64,000 bases of DNA, from assembly GCA_043720875.1 (NCBI GenBank), contig JAYSRU010000196.1:2971-66970 (forward strand). Reading direction: 5' to 3'. This DNA is from Crocinitomicaceae bacterium (lineage in GTDB: Bacteria > Bacteroidota > Bacteroidia > Flavobacteriales_D > Crocinitomicaceae). Both the position numbers and the translations under genes were made by a program. Shown here piece after piece: positions 48,179 to 57,857 of this stretch. The first letter of the stretch is position 1. Each line of letters opens with the position of its first letter. The notes beneath the pieces are model-generated. The model searched no databases. It was not told the origin of the DNA and saw nothing but the letters and a program-made list of their open reading frames with translations.

Positions 48179-48928
48179 TTAAAGGATACTGGCCAAAGCA
48201 CCTCCGCAAAGTATCAAACTCAGCTTTGCTAAATTATATTTGTGATTTTCGCCGGATTCAAAAATAATTGTAGTAGAAATATGTAAAAACATTCCTACTA
48301 CTATCGCTAACAGATAAGTCAAAATTGTTTCATTTGGAGTAATGTACATACCTAAAATTACGCCTGCTGGGGTCATACATCCGAAGATCATTAACCAAAA
48401 CCATTGTTGCTTTTTGCTCAAGCCCTTGGATATGAATACCGTCATTAAGGCAATTGCAACAGGAATTTGATGTAAAATAATCCCTAGCAAGAGGGAATTA
48501 TCGTTACCGTGACCATGGTCATGCGAACTCATTGTAATCCCGGTTAATGTGCCATAAACAGGAATTCCTTCAATAATAGAATGCAAACTAAGTGAGGCAA
48601 GTAACATGAACGGTATTTTGACTGTATGCGTATGCGTATGTCCGTGATCGTGTGAATGTACATGCCCGTGTTCAACTCCCTCAGAGAAATATTCAAGCAA
48701 TAGCTGAATTAAAAATCCTATGAGAATAAACAATCCGATATTATCACTTGAATGATGATAGAGTTCAGGAATGAAATGCATAAAGGCTATGGACAATAAA
48801 AATCCCCCGCTAAATGCAAGTAGAAACTTAACGAGATATTTTCCATTTTTTTGAGAAACGAGTGACACGAAACCACCACCAATTACTACAGAAATAAGCA
48901 AACTAAGTATTATGAATAAAATTTCCAT
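48179..48928 (-). CDS. ZIP-family divalent metal (zinc) transporter
   Basis: 249 aa. His-rich loop HGHVHSHDHGHTHTH and ZIP signatures (HSIIEGIP, HQIPVAIA). Confidence 0.8.
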   Translation of the reverse strand: MEILFIILSLLISVVIGGGFVSLVSQKNGKYLVKFLLAFSGGFLLSIAFMHFIPELYHHSSDNIGLFILIGFLIQLLLEYFSEGVEHGHVHSHDHGHTHTHTVKIPFMLLASLSLHSIIEGIPVYGTLTGITMSSHDHGHGNDNSLLLGIILHQIPVAIALMTVFISKGLSKKQQWFWLMIFGCMTPAGVILGMYITPNETILTYLLAIVVGMFLHISTTIIFESGENHKYNLAKLSLILCGGALASIL

Positions 48929-49683
48929 TAATTTTTTTGGGCTATCATGATTAAACGATCCGAAGATGCAGGGTTGAATTCACTTAGGTTAAAGTCGCCA
49001 AAGGTATCTAATATTCTTAGATTAACTAAATTTAAGAGGCGTTCAAAGTCTTCTTTTCTAAACAATTGTACTTGTTCACGGTAATGTAGCGTTTCAGTAG
49101 CCTTTTTTGGGTGAACGATTATTTCTTTATACACATGGGTTGAAGTCACACTTCGTTTAATGTTAAACGTTGCATCGTCTTTCGCAACTGTTTCATAAGG
49201 AACTAAATTTGCAATCACTTTTTGGGCATTAAAAAAGTCAATGACAACTATACCTTTTGGCAATAACATGGTAGTAATGCTTTGTAACATTTTAAGGTTG
49301 TCTGCTTCAATGTCAAAATATCCAAATGAGGTGAATAGATTAAAAATAACATCGTAATGATTCGACTTATAGACTTCTCTCATGTCATGGACGTCAAAAT
49401 GAAGGTTGCTATGATGTACTGAAGAAAGTTTAGCTGAGGCAATACTTTGCGGCGCTAAATCAACACCAGTTACATCAAAATCATGTCGTGCCATAGTTAT
49501 CGCATGACGTCCTTTTCCGCAGGCCAAATCCAATAATTTACTTTGAGATTTGAGTTTCAAATGCTTTAATAAATTTTCAATGAAATGTTCTGCCTCACTA
49601 TCATTCCTATTATCGTATAATTGATGATAAAATGGAGAATCAAACCAACTAGAGAACCAATCTTTTGAAATGTTTTCGCTCAT
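48928..49683 (-). CDS. Class I SAM-dependent methyltransferase
   Basis: 251 aa. Motif I LLDLACGKGRH. 1-nt overlap with the ZIP gene. Confidence 0.8.
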   Translation of the reverse strand: MSENISKDWFSSWFDSPFYHQLYDNRNDSEAEHFIENLLKHLKLKSQSKLLDLACGKGRHAITMARHDFDVTGVDLAPQSIASAKLSSVHHSNLHFDVHDMREVYKSNHYDVIFNLFTSFGYFDIEADNLKMLQSITTMLLPKGIVVIDFFNAQKVIANLVPYETVAKDDATFNIKRSVTSTHVYKEIIVHPKKATETLHYREQVQLFRKEDFERLLNLVNLRILDTFGDFNLSEFNPASSDRLIMIAQKN

Positions 49684-49788
49684 GCGGTAAAATTATAAAA
49701 TTAAACAATACAGTTGCTTTTTAGTTCAACCATATGAAGTGGTTTTGAAATAATTAACTTAAAAAATCGTATTTTTTCTATTTTCTTT

Positions 49789-49796
49789 TATATTTG
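49789..49796 (+). promoter_or_regulatory. -7 promoter box (TATATTTG) for the SiaB/SiaC-like pair
   Basis: Perfect TAnnTTTG, 16 nt upstream of ATG 49813. No -33 TTG at canonical spacing. Confidence 0.35.
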
Positions 49797-49812
49797 TACA
49801 ACTTATACCACG

Positions 49813-50370
49813 ATGTCGCTAAAAGAAATTTACAATTTGTACAAAACCATGGAGGAAGAAAATATTCTTATTTCTTTCAAAGGGGTTGTGACGTCTGAGC
49901 TTTTGTCTTCCGTTTTACAAATCATGGAAGCGAAAATGGACTCTTTGGAGGAAAGTCCAAAGACAAAGAAAAAAGTTTTTAACGTATTGGTAGAATGTCT
50001 TCAAAATCTATATCATCACATTGATCCGCTAGAAGATGCAAATCGTGAGTTTGATATGTTGGAGTCCAAGTCAGCACTTTTTATGATTGTAAAGACGGAC
50101 GATGCCTTCCTTATTAGAACTGGAAATTACATTAAAACAGAAGCTAGCATTGAATTAGGCAGACGTTTAGATTTAATCAATAGCAAGGATAAAGATGAAT
50201 TGCGTGAAATGTATCAACAAGTACTAAATAACGGACACATTTCAAGTAAAGGTACCGCAGGTCTCGGAATGATTGATATTGCAAGAAAATCGGGAAACAA
50301 ATTAGATTACGAGTTTCTGAAAATTAACGATACAGACACGTTCTTCTGTCTGAATGTAACAGTGAATTAA
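49813..50370 (+). CDS. SiaB-like small GHKL-type protein kinase
   Basis: 185 aa, soluble. C-terminal G-box-like GTAGLGMIDIARKSG. Lies directly upstream of a DUF1987 gene, as in siaB-siaC. Confidence 0.6.
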   Translation: MSLKEIYNLYKTMEEENILISFKGVVTSELLSSVLQIMEAKMDSLEESPKTKKKVFNVLVECLQNLYHHIDPLEDANREFDMLESKSALFMIVKTDDAFLIRTGNYIKTEASIELGRRLDLINSKDKDELREMYQQVLNNGHISSKGTAGLGMIDIARKSGNKLDYEFLKINDTDTFFCLNVTVN

Positions 50371-50384
50371 TAAATAAAAATATC

Positions 50385-50771
50385 ATGCAAAATTTAACGC
50401 TAGACGGATCTGCAAAAACACCGACAGTTAGTTTTGATGCACTTAGTGGTGTATTGGAAATAAAAGGCCGTTGTATCCCTGAAAACTCGATTGAATTTTA
50501 CAAACCTTTAAATGACTGGTTAGATAATTACGGGTCGGCACCTAAAAGCGCGACGAGTGTTGATGTAAAATTAGAGTATTTTAATACTTCTTCTTCGAAA
50601 TGTATCCTGGATTTTTTCAAAAAATTGGAAGGTCTTAATGGAAAAAATACGGATGTTCAAGTAAATTGGTATTTTGAGCAAGACGATGAAGACATGGAAG
50701 AAGCTGGTCAGGATTATAAAGCAATCTTATCAATTCCTTTCAATATTATTGAAGTAGAGGAGATTAATTAA
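50385..50771 (+). CDS. DUF1987 / SiaC-like regulatory phosphoprotein
   Basis: 128 aa. DUF1987-type N-terminus (TPTVSFDALSGVLEIKGRCIPENSIEFYKPLNDWL) and the motif YFNTSSSK. Confidence 0.7.
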   Translation: MQNLTLDGSAKTPTVSFDALSGVLEIKGRCIPENSIEFYKPLNDWLDNYGSAPKSATSVDVKLEYFNTSSSKCILDFFKKLEGLNGKNTDVQVNWYFEQDDEDMEEAGQDYKAILSIPFNIIEVEEIN

Positions 50772-50791
50772 TATAAATAATCAATTTTAAG

Positions 50792-51379
50792 TTGATCCGA
50801 ATCGGGGTTACTGGTGGTATTGGAGTAGGTAAATCTATAATTTGCCAAATACTCTCCTCCATGAGTTATCCCGTTTTTTATTCAGATAGCAGCGCTAAAC
50901 GATTATTATCAACTGATATCGAACTTATTGCCGCAGTAAAGAGTCTGTTTGGTGAAGCTGCATATGTCGGAAATGTAATGAATAGAGGATTCATTGCTGC
51001 ACAACTTTTTTCTGATGAAGAAAAAAAACAAAAAATGAATGCACTTGTACATCCTAAAGTAAAGGCTGAATTTGAAACGTTTTGTAAGATAAATTCAAGT
51101 GATTTGATTTTTAATGAAGCTGCTCTTTTGTTTGAAACAGGTTCCTATATTGATTTTACCGCAACTATTTTGGTTACCGCTCCGTTGGATTTAAGAATTT
51201 CTAGAACTATTCAGCGAGATAACTGTACTAGGGAGCAAGTTTTAGCTCGGATTGATAATCAGTGGACGGATGAGCATAAGAAACAATTTGCAAGTTTCGA
51301 ATTGGTAAATGATAATAAACACTTGGTTGTTCCCCAATTAGAAGCTATACTTGAGAGATTAAAAGAAATTACCGACTAA
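50792..51379 (+). CDS. coaE: Dephospho-CoA kinase
   Basis: 195 aa, TTG start. P-loop IGVTGGIGVGKS. Confidence 0.85.
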   Translation: MIRIGVTGGIGVGKSIICQILSSMSYPVFYSDSSAKRLLSTDIELIAAVKSLFGEAAYVGNVMNRGFIAAQLFSDEEKKQKMNALVHPKVKAEFETFCKINSSDLIFNEAALLFETGSYIDFTATILVTAPLDLRISRTIQRDNCTREQVLARIDNQWTDEHKKQFASFELVNDNKHLVVPQLEAILERLKEITD

Positions 51380-51421
51380 ATTCAACAGTATCATTAAAGT
51401 ATTAAGCTTAATTTATAGATT

Positions 51422-52276
51422 ATGAAATCGCTTAGTTTGTTTTTACTTATATATATTGGTGTGCTTAACAATGCATTTTCCCAAAAAATTATCGATAAGG
51501 TGAATGAATTGTGTTTAGTGGTTGATCAAAATAAGGATGAAAAACAAATTGTTAAAGACTTATTAAAAGCAACAAAGAAGAATGAAGTCGCGGAAAAAAT
51601 AGAACTATACAACGCACTTATCCGTCATGCATACCTCAAGAAAAAATTTAGCGTCACGTATGATTTGTACATTAAGTGCATTCGACTAGGCAGAACTGAA
51701 TCAACCTTATTGGAAGAACCAAGTGCATTATATTTTCTAGAAAATACTCCGAAAAAATATATTCGGTTAGAGCAGGAAGTGGACAGTATGTTTCTTGTGA
51801 ACTGCCAAAGAAATTGGAAAAACGCCAATTTGGAAGTGGCATTCACCTTAAGAAGAATGATTCGAATTGATCAGCGTTTAAAAAATGCTGCGATACAAGA
51901 GAAGGATACCGTAATTCAAAAAGTATTATGGAAGGATATAAGAGTTAATGATGCGTGTAACGAGGTAATGTTGAAAACAATTTTTGAAGATTATGGTTAT
52001 CCTGGAAATTCAATTGTAGGAACGGAGTCGGCTACAGCTGCAGTATTGTTTTTACATATGTCCAGTAGTTTTCAAGTTAAATACATCAATCTCCTGCAAA
52101 AAGCGGTTTCAGAAAGAGAGCTAAATTTTGATATGAAATTTGCCGTAGATAAAGTATTAAGTAAGTTGTACAAAAAATCGATGTACGGAAATTGGCTAAA
52201 TCAAGCAACGCTTATCACTGATCCCGCAGAAATAAAAAAGTACAATGAGCTGCTTAACTTGGATTACATCGAATAA
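51422..52276 (+). CDS. Secreted hypothetical protein, paralog of 3386..4249
   Basis: 284 aa. Signal peptide, with shared motifs MIRIDQRLK and DYGYPGNSIVG ... LFLH. Confidence 0.5.
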   Translation: MKSLSLFLLIYIGVLNNAFSQKIIDKVNELCLVVDQNKDEKQIVKDLLKATKKNEVAEKIELYNALIRHAYLKKKFSVTYDLYIKCIRLGRTESTLLEEPSALYFLENTPKKYIRLEQEVDSMFLVNCQRNWKNANLEVAFTLRRMIRIDQRLKNAAIQEKDTVIQKVLWKDIRVNDACNEVMLKTIFEDYGYPGNSIVGTESATAAVLFLHMSSSFQVKYINLLQKAVSERELNFDMKFAVDKVLSKLYKKSMYGNWLNQATLITDPAEIKKYNELLNLDYIE

Positions 52277-52292
52277 TCAAACGGCAAAATGG

Positions 52293-52940
52293 TTACATTT
52301 CTTCGAATGAATCAAACTTGTCATTTCGATTTTCTTGTTGTTCTGTATGGTTCACAATATTACCTTGCTTAGTCAAAAGGGATTTAAATAGTGCGGGTAA
52401 ACCGCCCACCATGAAAATAAACATAAACGCTCCAACAAATTTAAAAATCCATCCAAAAACCGGCGCGTTATCTATTCCAATAATACTTGAATAAAACCAT
52501 TTACTGGCTCCGTTCAACGCAAAACTACTGTTGAAACTGAGAAATACAAAAAATGCAATTGAACCTAACATTATTAATATTTCTGAAGGAAAATGATAAT
52601 TGACAGTAAATGGTTTTTTACCTTGGAATGATAATTTGAAGATTTGAGTTGAAAATCGCCTTCCTTGGAATTGATTCAAGAAATAAACACTGATAAATAT
52701 TCCTGAAGCCCACATAGCAGTTGCTCTATTTTCTTGGCTTACTTTGTCCCAAAAGAGCATTACTACATCAATAAGAAGAATATAGGAAATCAGAATTATA
52801 CTATAACTTTCCGCAACACTGCGCTGAGAACTTAAGCGAACAAGTGAGTAAAGAAATTTCACAATTCCCCATAAAAAACCGAATGTTACAAGAATCAAAG
52901 AAAGTTGAAACAAGTATTGAACTAAAAAATCTAAATTCAT
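52293..52940 (-). CDS. Hypothetical polytopic membrane protein
   Basis: Start set to ATG 52938..52940, because the track start at 52946 is TTG. About six hydrophobic segments and a polar C-terminal tail. Confidence 0.5.
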   Translation of the reverse strand: MNLDFLVQYLFQLSLILVTFGFLWGIVKFLYSLVRLSSQRSVAESYSIILISYILLIDVVMLFWDKVSQENRATAMWASGIFISVYFLNQFQGRRFSTQIFKLSFQGKKPFTVNYHFPSEILIMLGSIAFFVFLSFNSSFALNGASKWFYSSIIGIDNAPVFGWIFKFVGAFMFIFMVGGLPALFKSLLTKQGNIVNHTEQQENRNDKFDSFEEM

Positions 52941-52996
52941 ACACAAATGTAACGGAATAATTTAAGTGAAATCACGATTAACTAAAATAGACGGAT

Positions 52997-53004
52997 TATA
53001 TTTG
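52997..53004 (+). promoter_or_regulatory. -7 promoter box (TATATTTG) for the S46 peptidase gene
   Basis: Perfect TAnnTTTG, 41 nt upstream of ATG 53046. Confidence 0.35.
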
Positions 53005-53045
53005 TCACGCTTTAAAGCATAAATACTTTACCCAAAAATAATCTC

Positions 53046-55169
53046 ATGAAAATTACGCTTAGAAAATTAATTTTAACCGTGTATATTGCATTTAGTAGTA
53101 TTACATTGTTTGCAGTTGAAGGAATGTTGTTGCCTTCGTTTATCGCTGCATTTGCTGACGACATGAAGGCCAAAGGAATGAGAATGTCTGCAACTGACAT
53201 TTATGACATTAACCATGCTAGTATTAAAGATGCCATCATTCATTTTGATGGAGGTTGCACCGCTGAAATAGTTTCTAAACGAGGTTTAATTCTAACCAAC
53301 CATCATTGTGGATTTGATGAGATACAAAAACATTCGAGTCTAAAAAATGACTATCTTAAATTTGGATTTTGGGCAAAAAATTTGAATGATGAATTAATTA
53401 ATCCTGGTCTGACAGCTACTCGAATCGTGAGAATTGAAGATATGACTGGTGCGCTGAAAGCTTATAAAGGCGACCGTAATCAATTATTGGCGAATATGAA
53501 AACATTGTGTGCAGATGCAGTGCGAGGAACACATTTTGAAGCAGAAATTAAAGCATTCGATTTTGGTAATGCTTATTACATGATGGTAAAAGAAGTTTTT
53601 AAAGATGTGCGTTTGGTTGGAGCTCCACCTTCTTCTGTGGGTAAATTTGGTGGAGACACAGACAATTGGGTTTGGCCTCGTCATACTGGAGATTTTAGTG
53701 TATTCAGAATTTACGCAGGTAAAGATAATAAACCAGCCATGCCTTCAGCAGATAATGTTCCCTATACTCCATTGCATTCCTTGCCAATATCGATGCATAA
53801 CCGAAAAGAAAAGGATTTCACATTAGTTTATGGCTTCCCAGGTCAAACAGAACAACATACGGTATCCACACAATTGGATTATATCATAAGTACCTTGCGT
53901 CCAATGCAAATAAACATGCGTACAAAATCATTAGACATTATCGGAAAGGCAATGCGTGAATCTGATGCAGTTAGAATACAATATGCAGCCAAACAATCTG
54001 GAATCGCAAATGCTTGGAAAAAATGGATTGGTCAACTCAACGGATTAAAACAAATTGACGGAGCTAAAGTGAAATTGGAATATGAAAAACGATACATTGC
54101 CGCGGCTAAAAATGATCAAAATTGGTTTCAATATTCAATTGCTTTGAATGAGGCAAACGCGCTTTGCGCGAAAGCAAAAAATGCTGACTTCACCTACAAT
54201 CTTGTGGTAGAATATGTTTTTAACGGTGCTGAATTCTTAAGAATTGCGAGTAGTTTAAACGATTTTATTTCGTTCATGGACACTGCAAAAAATAAAATAC
54301 AAATAGCTGAAAAACTAAAACAACTTAACCTTGGTGCCGAAGGATTTTTTAAGGATTATTCTCCTAAAGTAGATCGCCTAATATTTGATGCGCTTACTCC
54401 AGCGTATAAAAATTATGCTGATGGAGCAACAATGGCAGCACTAATTGCTCAAAATTCGCAAGACGTACTTTCAAAAAATATTTATGAAAAATCGATTCTT
54501 ACGGATAAAAAAAGGTATTTAGCTTTCATTAATAGTTATAGTCCTAAGAAATACAAGAAGCTTAAGAAGGATCAAGGATATCAATTATTTAAACAAATAG
54601 TGGAACCATTTTATGCTAACGTATTGCCTTTGGTGCAACTCAATAGAGCTACACTTCAAAGCTATATGGCTGTTTTTCAAGAAGGAAAAACGGTGATGAA
54701 TTTAGGAGATAAACTTTGGTCTGATGCGAATTCAACTTTACGTATAAGTTATGGTCAATTGGAAGGATCTAAACCTTATGATGCAGTAGAATACACACCA
54801 TTTACCTATGTTGAAGGAATAATGGAAAAAAATATTACTGGCGATCCAGATTTTGAGTTGTTACCAAGTTTAATGGAAGCTTACACAAAACAAGATTGGG
54901 GTCAATATGCTCAAGACGGGAGAATGTTGGTTTGTTTTACTGGAAGTAATCATACTACCGGTGGAAATAGTGGGTCTCCGGTTTTAAATGCGGATGGTTA
55001 TTTAATGGGATTAAATTTTGACCGAAGCTGGGAGAGTACAATGAGTGATTTTATTTTCAATCCGAATCGTTGCCGAAATATCGTAGTGGATATTCATTAT
55101 GTACTTTGGGTAATGGATAAATATGCGGGTGCGGGATATCTTGTGGAAGAAATGGATTTGAGGAGATAA
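53046..55169 (+). CDS. S46-family dipeptidyl-peptidase (DPP7/DPP11-like)
   Basis: 707 aa. Signal peptide, catalytic His (LILTNHHCG), Asp region (GDTDNWVWPRHTGDFS), catalytic Ser (GGNSGSPVLN). Confidence 0.85.
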   Translation: MKITLRKLILTVYIAFSSITLFAVEGMLLPSFIAAFADDMKAKGMRMSATDIYDINHASIKDAIIHFDGGCTAEIVSKRGLILTNHHCGFDEIQKHSSLKNDYLKFGFWAKNLNDELINPGLTATRIVRIEDMTGALKAYKGDRNQLLANMKTLCADAVRGTHFEAEIKAFDFGNAYYMMVKEVFKDVRLVGAPPSSVGKFGGDTDNWVWPRHTGDFSVFRIYAGKDNKPAMPSADNVPYTPLHSLPISMHNRKEKDFTLVYGFPGQTEQHTVSTQLDYIISTLRPMQINMRTKSLDIIGKAMRESDAVRIQYAAKQSGIANAWKKWIGQLNGLKQIDGAKVKLEYEKRYIAAAKNDQNWFQYSIALNEANALCAKAKNADFTYNLVVEYVFNGAEFLRIASSLNDFISFMDTAKNKIQIAEKLKQLNLGAEGFFKDYSPKVDRLIFDALTPAYKNYADGATMAALIAQNSQDVLSKNIYEKSILTDKKRYLAFINSYSPKKYKKLKKDQGYQLFKQIVEPFYANVLPLVQLNRATLQSYMAVFQEGKTVMNLGDKLWSDANSTLRISYGQLEGSKPYDAVEYTPFTYVEGIMEKNITGDPDFELLPSLMEAYTKQDWGQYAQDGRMLVCFTGSNHTTGGNSGSPVLNADGYLMGLNFDRSWESTMSDFIFNPNRCRNIVVDIHYVLWVMDKYAGAGYLVEEMDLRR

Positions 55170-55191
55170 ACAGCTAGCAAAAAAATAGTAT

Positions 55192-55228
55192 AAAAAAAGC
55201 GTTCTTTTTAAGTTAGAACGCTTTTTTT
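55192..55228. terminator. Bidirectional rho-independent terminator between convergent genes
   Basis: Stem GCGTTC / GAACGC (55199..55204, 55216..55221) extended by flanking A7/T7 runs. Confidence 0.75.
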
Positions 55229-55233
55229 ATGCC

Positions 55234-56103
55234 TTAATTTTCGAATAATTTCGTTTGCCAGTTTTCGGCTTCGGATGAACTAATTAATTGCATCTTTAAT
55301 AAGTAATTAACCGTTTTTTCGAAGCTTGCTAAATCTTCTTTGTTTTCATAATTCCAATCTGTTTCAGAAAGCCATTGTTTTGCTTCACTTTCTTCTAAAC
55401 TGTATCTCCAACTCAACTCTTCAGCTGTCGCTGCATTGTTTTTTACCGCAAATGCTTTTGAATTAACAATGCGACACATTTCATTCAATAAGGCCGAATG
55501 TTGTTCAATGATTTCGCTTCTTGCGGCAATCACGAAACAAGGCCACGGCGTAACAACTTCTCCGATGTAACGGCATTTCTCTTGTTTTACATGTGGACGA
55601 GTAGTATATTTCTCCCACAAAAAAGCTTGAGCTTCGTTGTTTTTTAAACTCCATAATCCACCATAAATATCACCAACTACGTTAAACTTCAATTTGCTTG
55701 AATTCCATTGCTGTTGGTCGGCCATTACGTAGGCCATCAAATGAGAACCAGAACCTTCACGAGATATAGCAAATGTTTGATTTTCAAGGTCTTTTTCAGT
55801 TTGTATTTCCGAGTTGAATGGAACGTGTATTCCCCAATGCAATGGGCTAACCACATATATTGTCAAAATTTTCGCATCAAGTCCTTGTAAAATGGATTTG
55901 GTAATACCTTCTGTTAATAATACAGCTATATCAATCGAACCTGTTTCCAATCCACGAATCATTTGACCAGTGCCTCCAGTCATATCACTCCAATGTAAAT
56001 CCAACCCAATGTTTTTAAAATCTCCTTGCTCAATGGCCAATCGCCAAGGCAAATTGAAATGTTCTGGTACACCACCAATTCTTAAACCTAATTTGTTGCT
56101 CAT
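55234..56103 (-). CDS. Cytoplasmic periplasmic-binding-protein-fold protein (NMT1/SsuA-like), function unknown
   Basis: 289 aa with no signal peptide. N-terminus LRIGGVPEHFNLPW resembles SsuA/THI5-type binding proteins. ATGA overlap with the upstream ABC exporter gene. Confidence 0.5.
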   Translation of the reverse strand: MSNKLGLRIGGVPEHFNLPWRLAIEQGDFKNIGLDLHWSDMTGGTGQMIRGLETGSIDIAVLLTEGITKSILQGLDAKILTIYVVSPLHWGIHVPFNSEIQTEKDLENQTFAISREGSGSHLMAYVMADQQQWNSSKLKFNVVGDIYGGLWSLKNNEAQAFLWEKYTTRPHVKQEKCRYIGEVVTPWPCFVIAARSEIIEQHSALLNEMCRIVNSKAFAVKNNAATAEELSWRYSLEESEAKQWLSETDWNYENKEDLASFEKTVNYLLKMQLISSSEAENWQTKLFEN

Positions 56104-57857
56104 ACTTCTGTAAATTGTTTTTCGTGCAAACGTTTATAAATACCATTTAAACTTATGAGTTCTGAATGTAAACCTTGTTCCTTTACTTGTCCTTTGTCCA
56201 AAACTATAATATTATCAGCGTTTTGTATGGTACTTAACCTATGCGCAATAACAATGGATGTTCGTCCTTTTGTGATTGCTATAACCGCTTTTTGTATCAG
56301 AACTTCAGATTCTGTATCGATGGAAGAGGTAGCCTCATCTAAGATTAGAAACTTTGGATTATAGACATATGCCCGAATAAATGATAATAATTGTCGTTGC
56401 CCAACAGACAGAACACCACCGCGTTCACCAACATTATAGTCATAATCTCCAGGGAGTTTCATGATAAATTCATGTGCTCCAATCGCTTTAGCAGCAATTA
56501 TAACATCCTCTTTAGTAATGTTTGGATCGCCCAATGTAATGTTGTTGTAAATAGTATCCGAAAACAAAAATACATCCTGTAATACTACTGCAATATTTTG
56601 TCGCAAGTAAGCTAAATCAATATCTTGGATGCTAATGTTGCCGATTTTTATGTTCCCAGCCTGATAGTCGTAAAAACGACTTAATAAATTCACTAAGCTT
56701 GTTTTCCCTGCACCTGTAGACCCAACAAAAGCAATAGTTGTTCCTTTTGATATTTTGAGGTCAATAGAATTTAATACCTTTTGACCATCAATGTAGGAAA
56801 AATCTACTTTTTCGAAGGTAATGTCTTGGTCAAAATCTATTGCGGTAATTGTTCCGTTCTTTTGCACTTCGTTGTTTTCATCTAATACTTCGAAGATACG
56901 TTCAGCCCGAACTACTCCACGCTGTAAAATATTAAATTTATCTGCTAACATTCTGATCGGTCTGTATAGCGCGTTAATAAATAGTGTAAATGCCAAGATA
57001 TTTGAAAAAATATTGTTTCCTACATTCTGACCAGCTACTTCAAAAACACCCCATATTAAAACACACGAAATAGATAATGATGACAAAAGTTCTACAACCG
57101 GAAAAAAAATACTAAAAGCCCAAACAGCATCGATATGAGCTTTACGGTGCCCCTTGTTGATCTCTTCGAAACTCGATTTTTCTTGCTTTTGACGATTGAA
57201 AAGTTGAACGACACTCATGCCGGTAATTCGTTCTTGCACAAAATTATTTAATGCATTAACCTGGGTTCTTTCTGCTTGAAACGACTTATTCATTGCTCTA
57301 GCAAAAATTCTAGTTGCAATGATTAATAATGGAATTGGTATTAAGGCCAACAAGGTAAGTTTCCAATTCAAAAAGAACATATAAGCCAACATAACAAACA
57401 ACGAAAATAGGTCACCGAAAATATCAATGAAACCAGCAGAGAAAACTTGTGATATTGCTTCCAAATCTTGTATCACCCGTGTTACCAATGAGCCTATTGG
57501 CGTTTTGTCAAAATAACTCATTTTGAAAGAAAGTATGTGTTTGAACACTTTGTTTCTTAAATCACGGATAATCGATTGAGCTAATAGGTTTGCTGTCCAA
57601 GATGAAAATATTTGTAAAATACTTTCAAGTAATAACATGCCAACAACTAATAAACTAAATTTGGCTAACATGGTTAAATTACTTGACTTCTCAATGTACT
57701 CAGATGTCATGTATCCAATGATAATGATTCGAGTAGGAACCAAAATTGCCAAGAATATTGTTATGGAAATTGCACCTACAAATAGCCATCTATACGGTTT
57801 GGAATACGGAAGTAATCGTTTGAGAATAGAAAAGCCGAAGCGCTTTGAAATAGACAT
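56100..57857 (-). CDS. ABC exporter, fused permease/ATPase (MsbA/MdlB-like)
   Basis: 585 aa. Six-TM exporter domain, Walker A GSTGAGKTS, signature LSVGQRQ, Walker B FLILDEATS. Confidence 0.9.
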   Translation of the reverse strand: MSISKRFGFSILKRLLPYSKPYRWLFVGAISITIFLAILVPTRIIIIGYMTSEYIEKSSNLTMLAKFSLLVVGMLLLESILQIFSSWTANLLAQSIIRDLRNKVFKHILSFKMSYFDKTPIGSLVTRVIQDLEAISQVFSAGFIDIFGDLFSLFVMLAYMFFLNWKLTLLALIPIPLLIIATRIFARAMNKSFQAERTQVNALNNFVQERITGMSVVQLFNRQKQEKSSFEEINKGHRKAHIDAVWAFSIFFPVVELLSSLSISCVLIWGVFEVAGQNVGNNIFSNILAFTLFINALYRPIRMLADKFNILQRGVVRAERIFEVLDENNEVQKNGTITAIDFDQDITFEKVDFSYIDGQKVLNSIDLKISKGTTIAFVGSTGAGKTSLVNLLSRFYDYQAGNIKIGNISIQDIDLAYLRQNIAVVLQDVFLFSDTIYNNITLGDPNITKEDVIIAAKAIGAHEFIMKLPGDYDYNVGERGGVLSVGQRQLLSFIRAYVYNPKFLILDEATSSIDTESEVLIQKAVIAITKGRTSIVIAHRLSTIQNADNIIVLDKGQVKEQGLHSELISLNGIYKRLHEKQFTEV

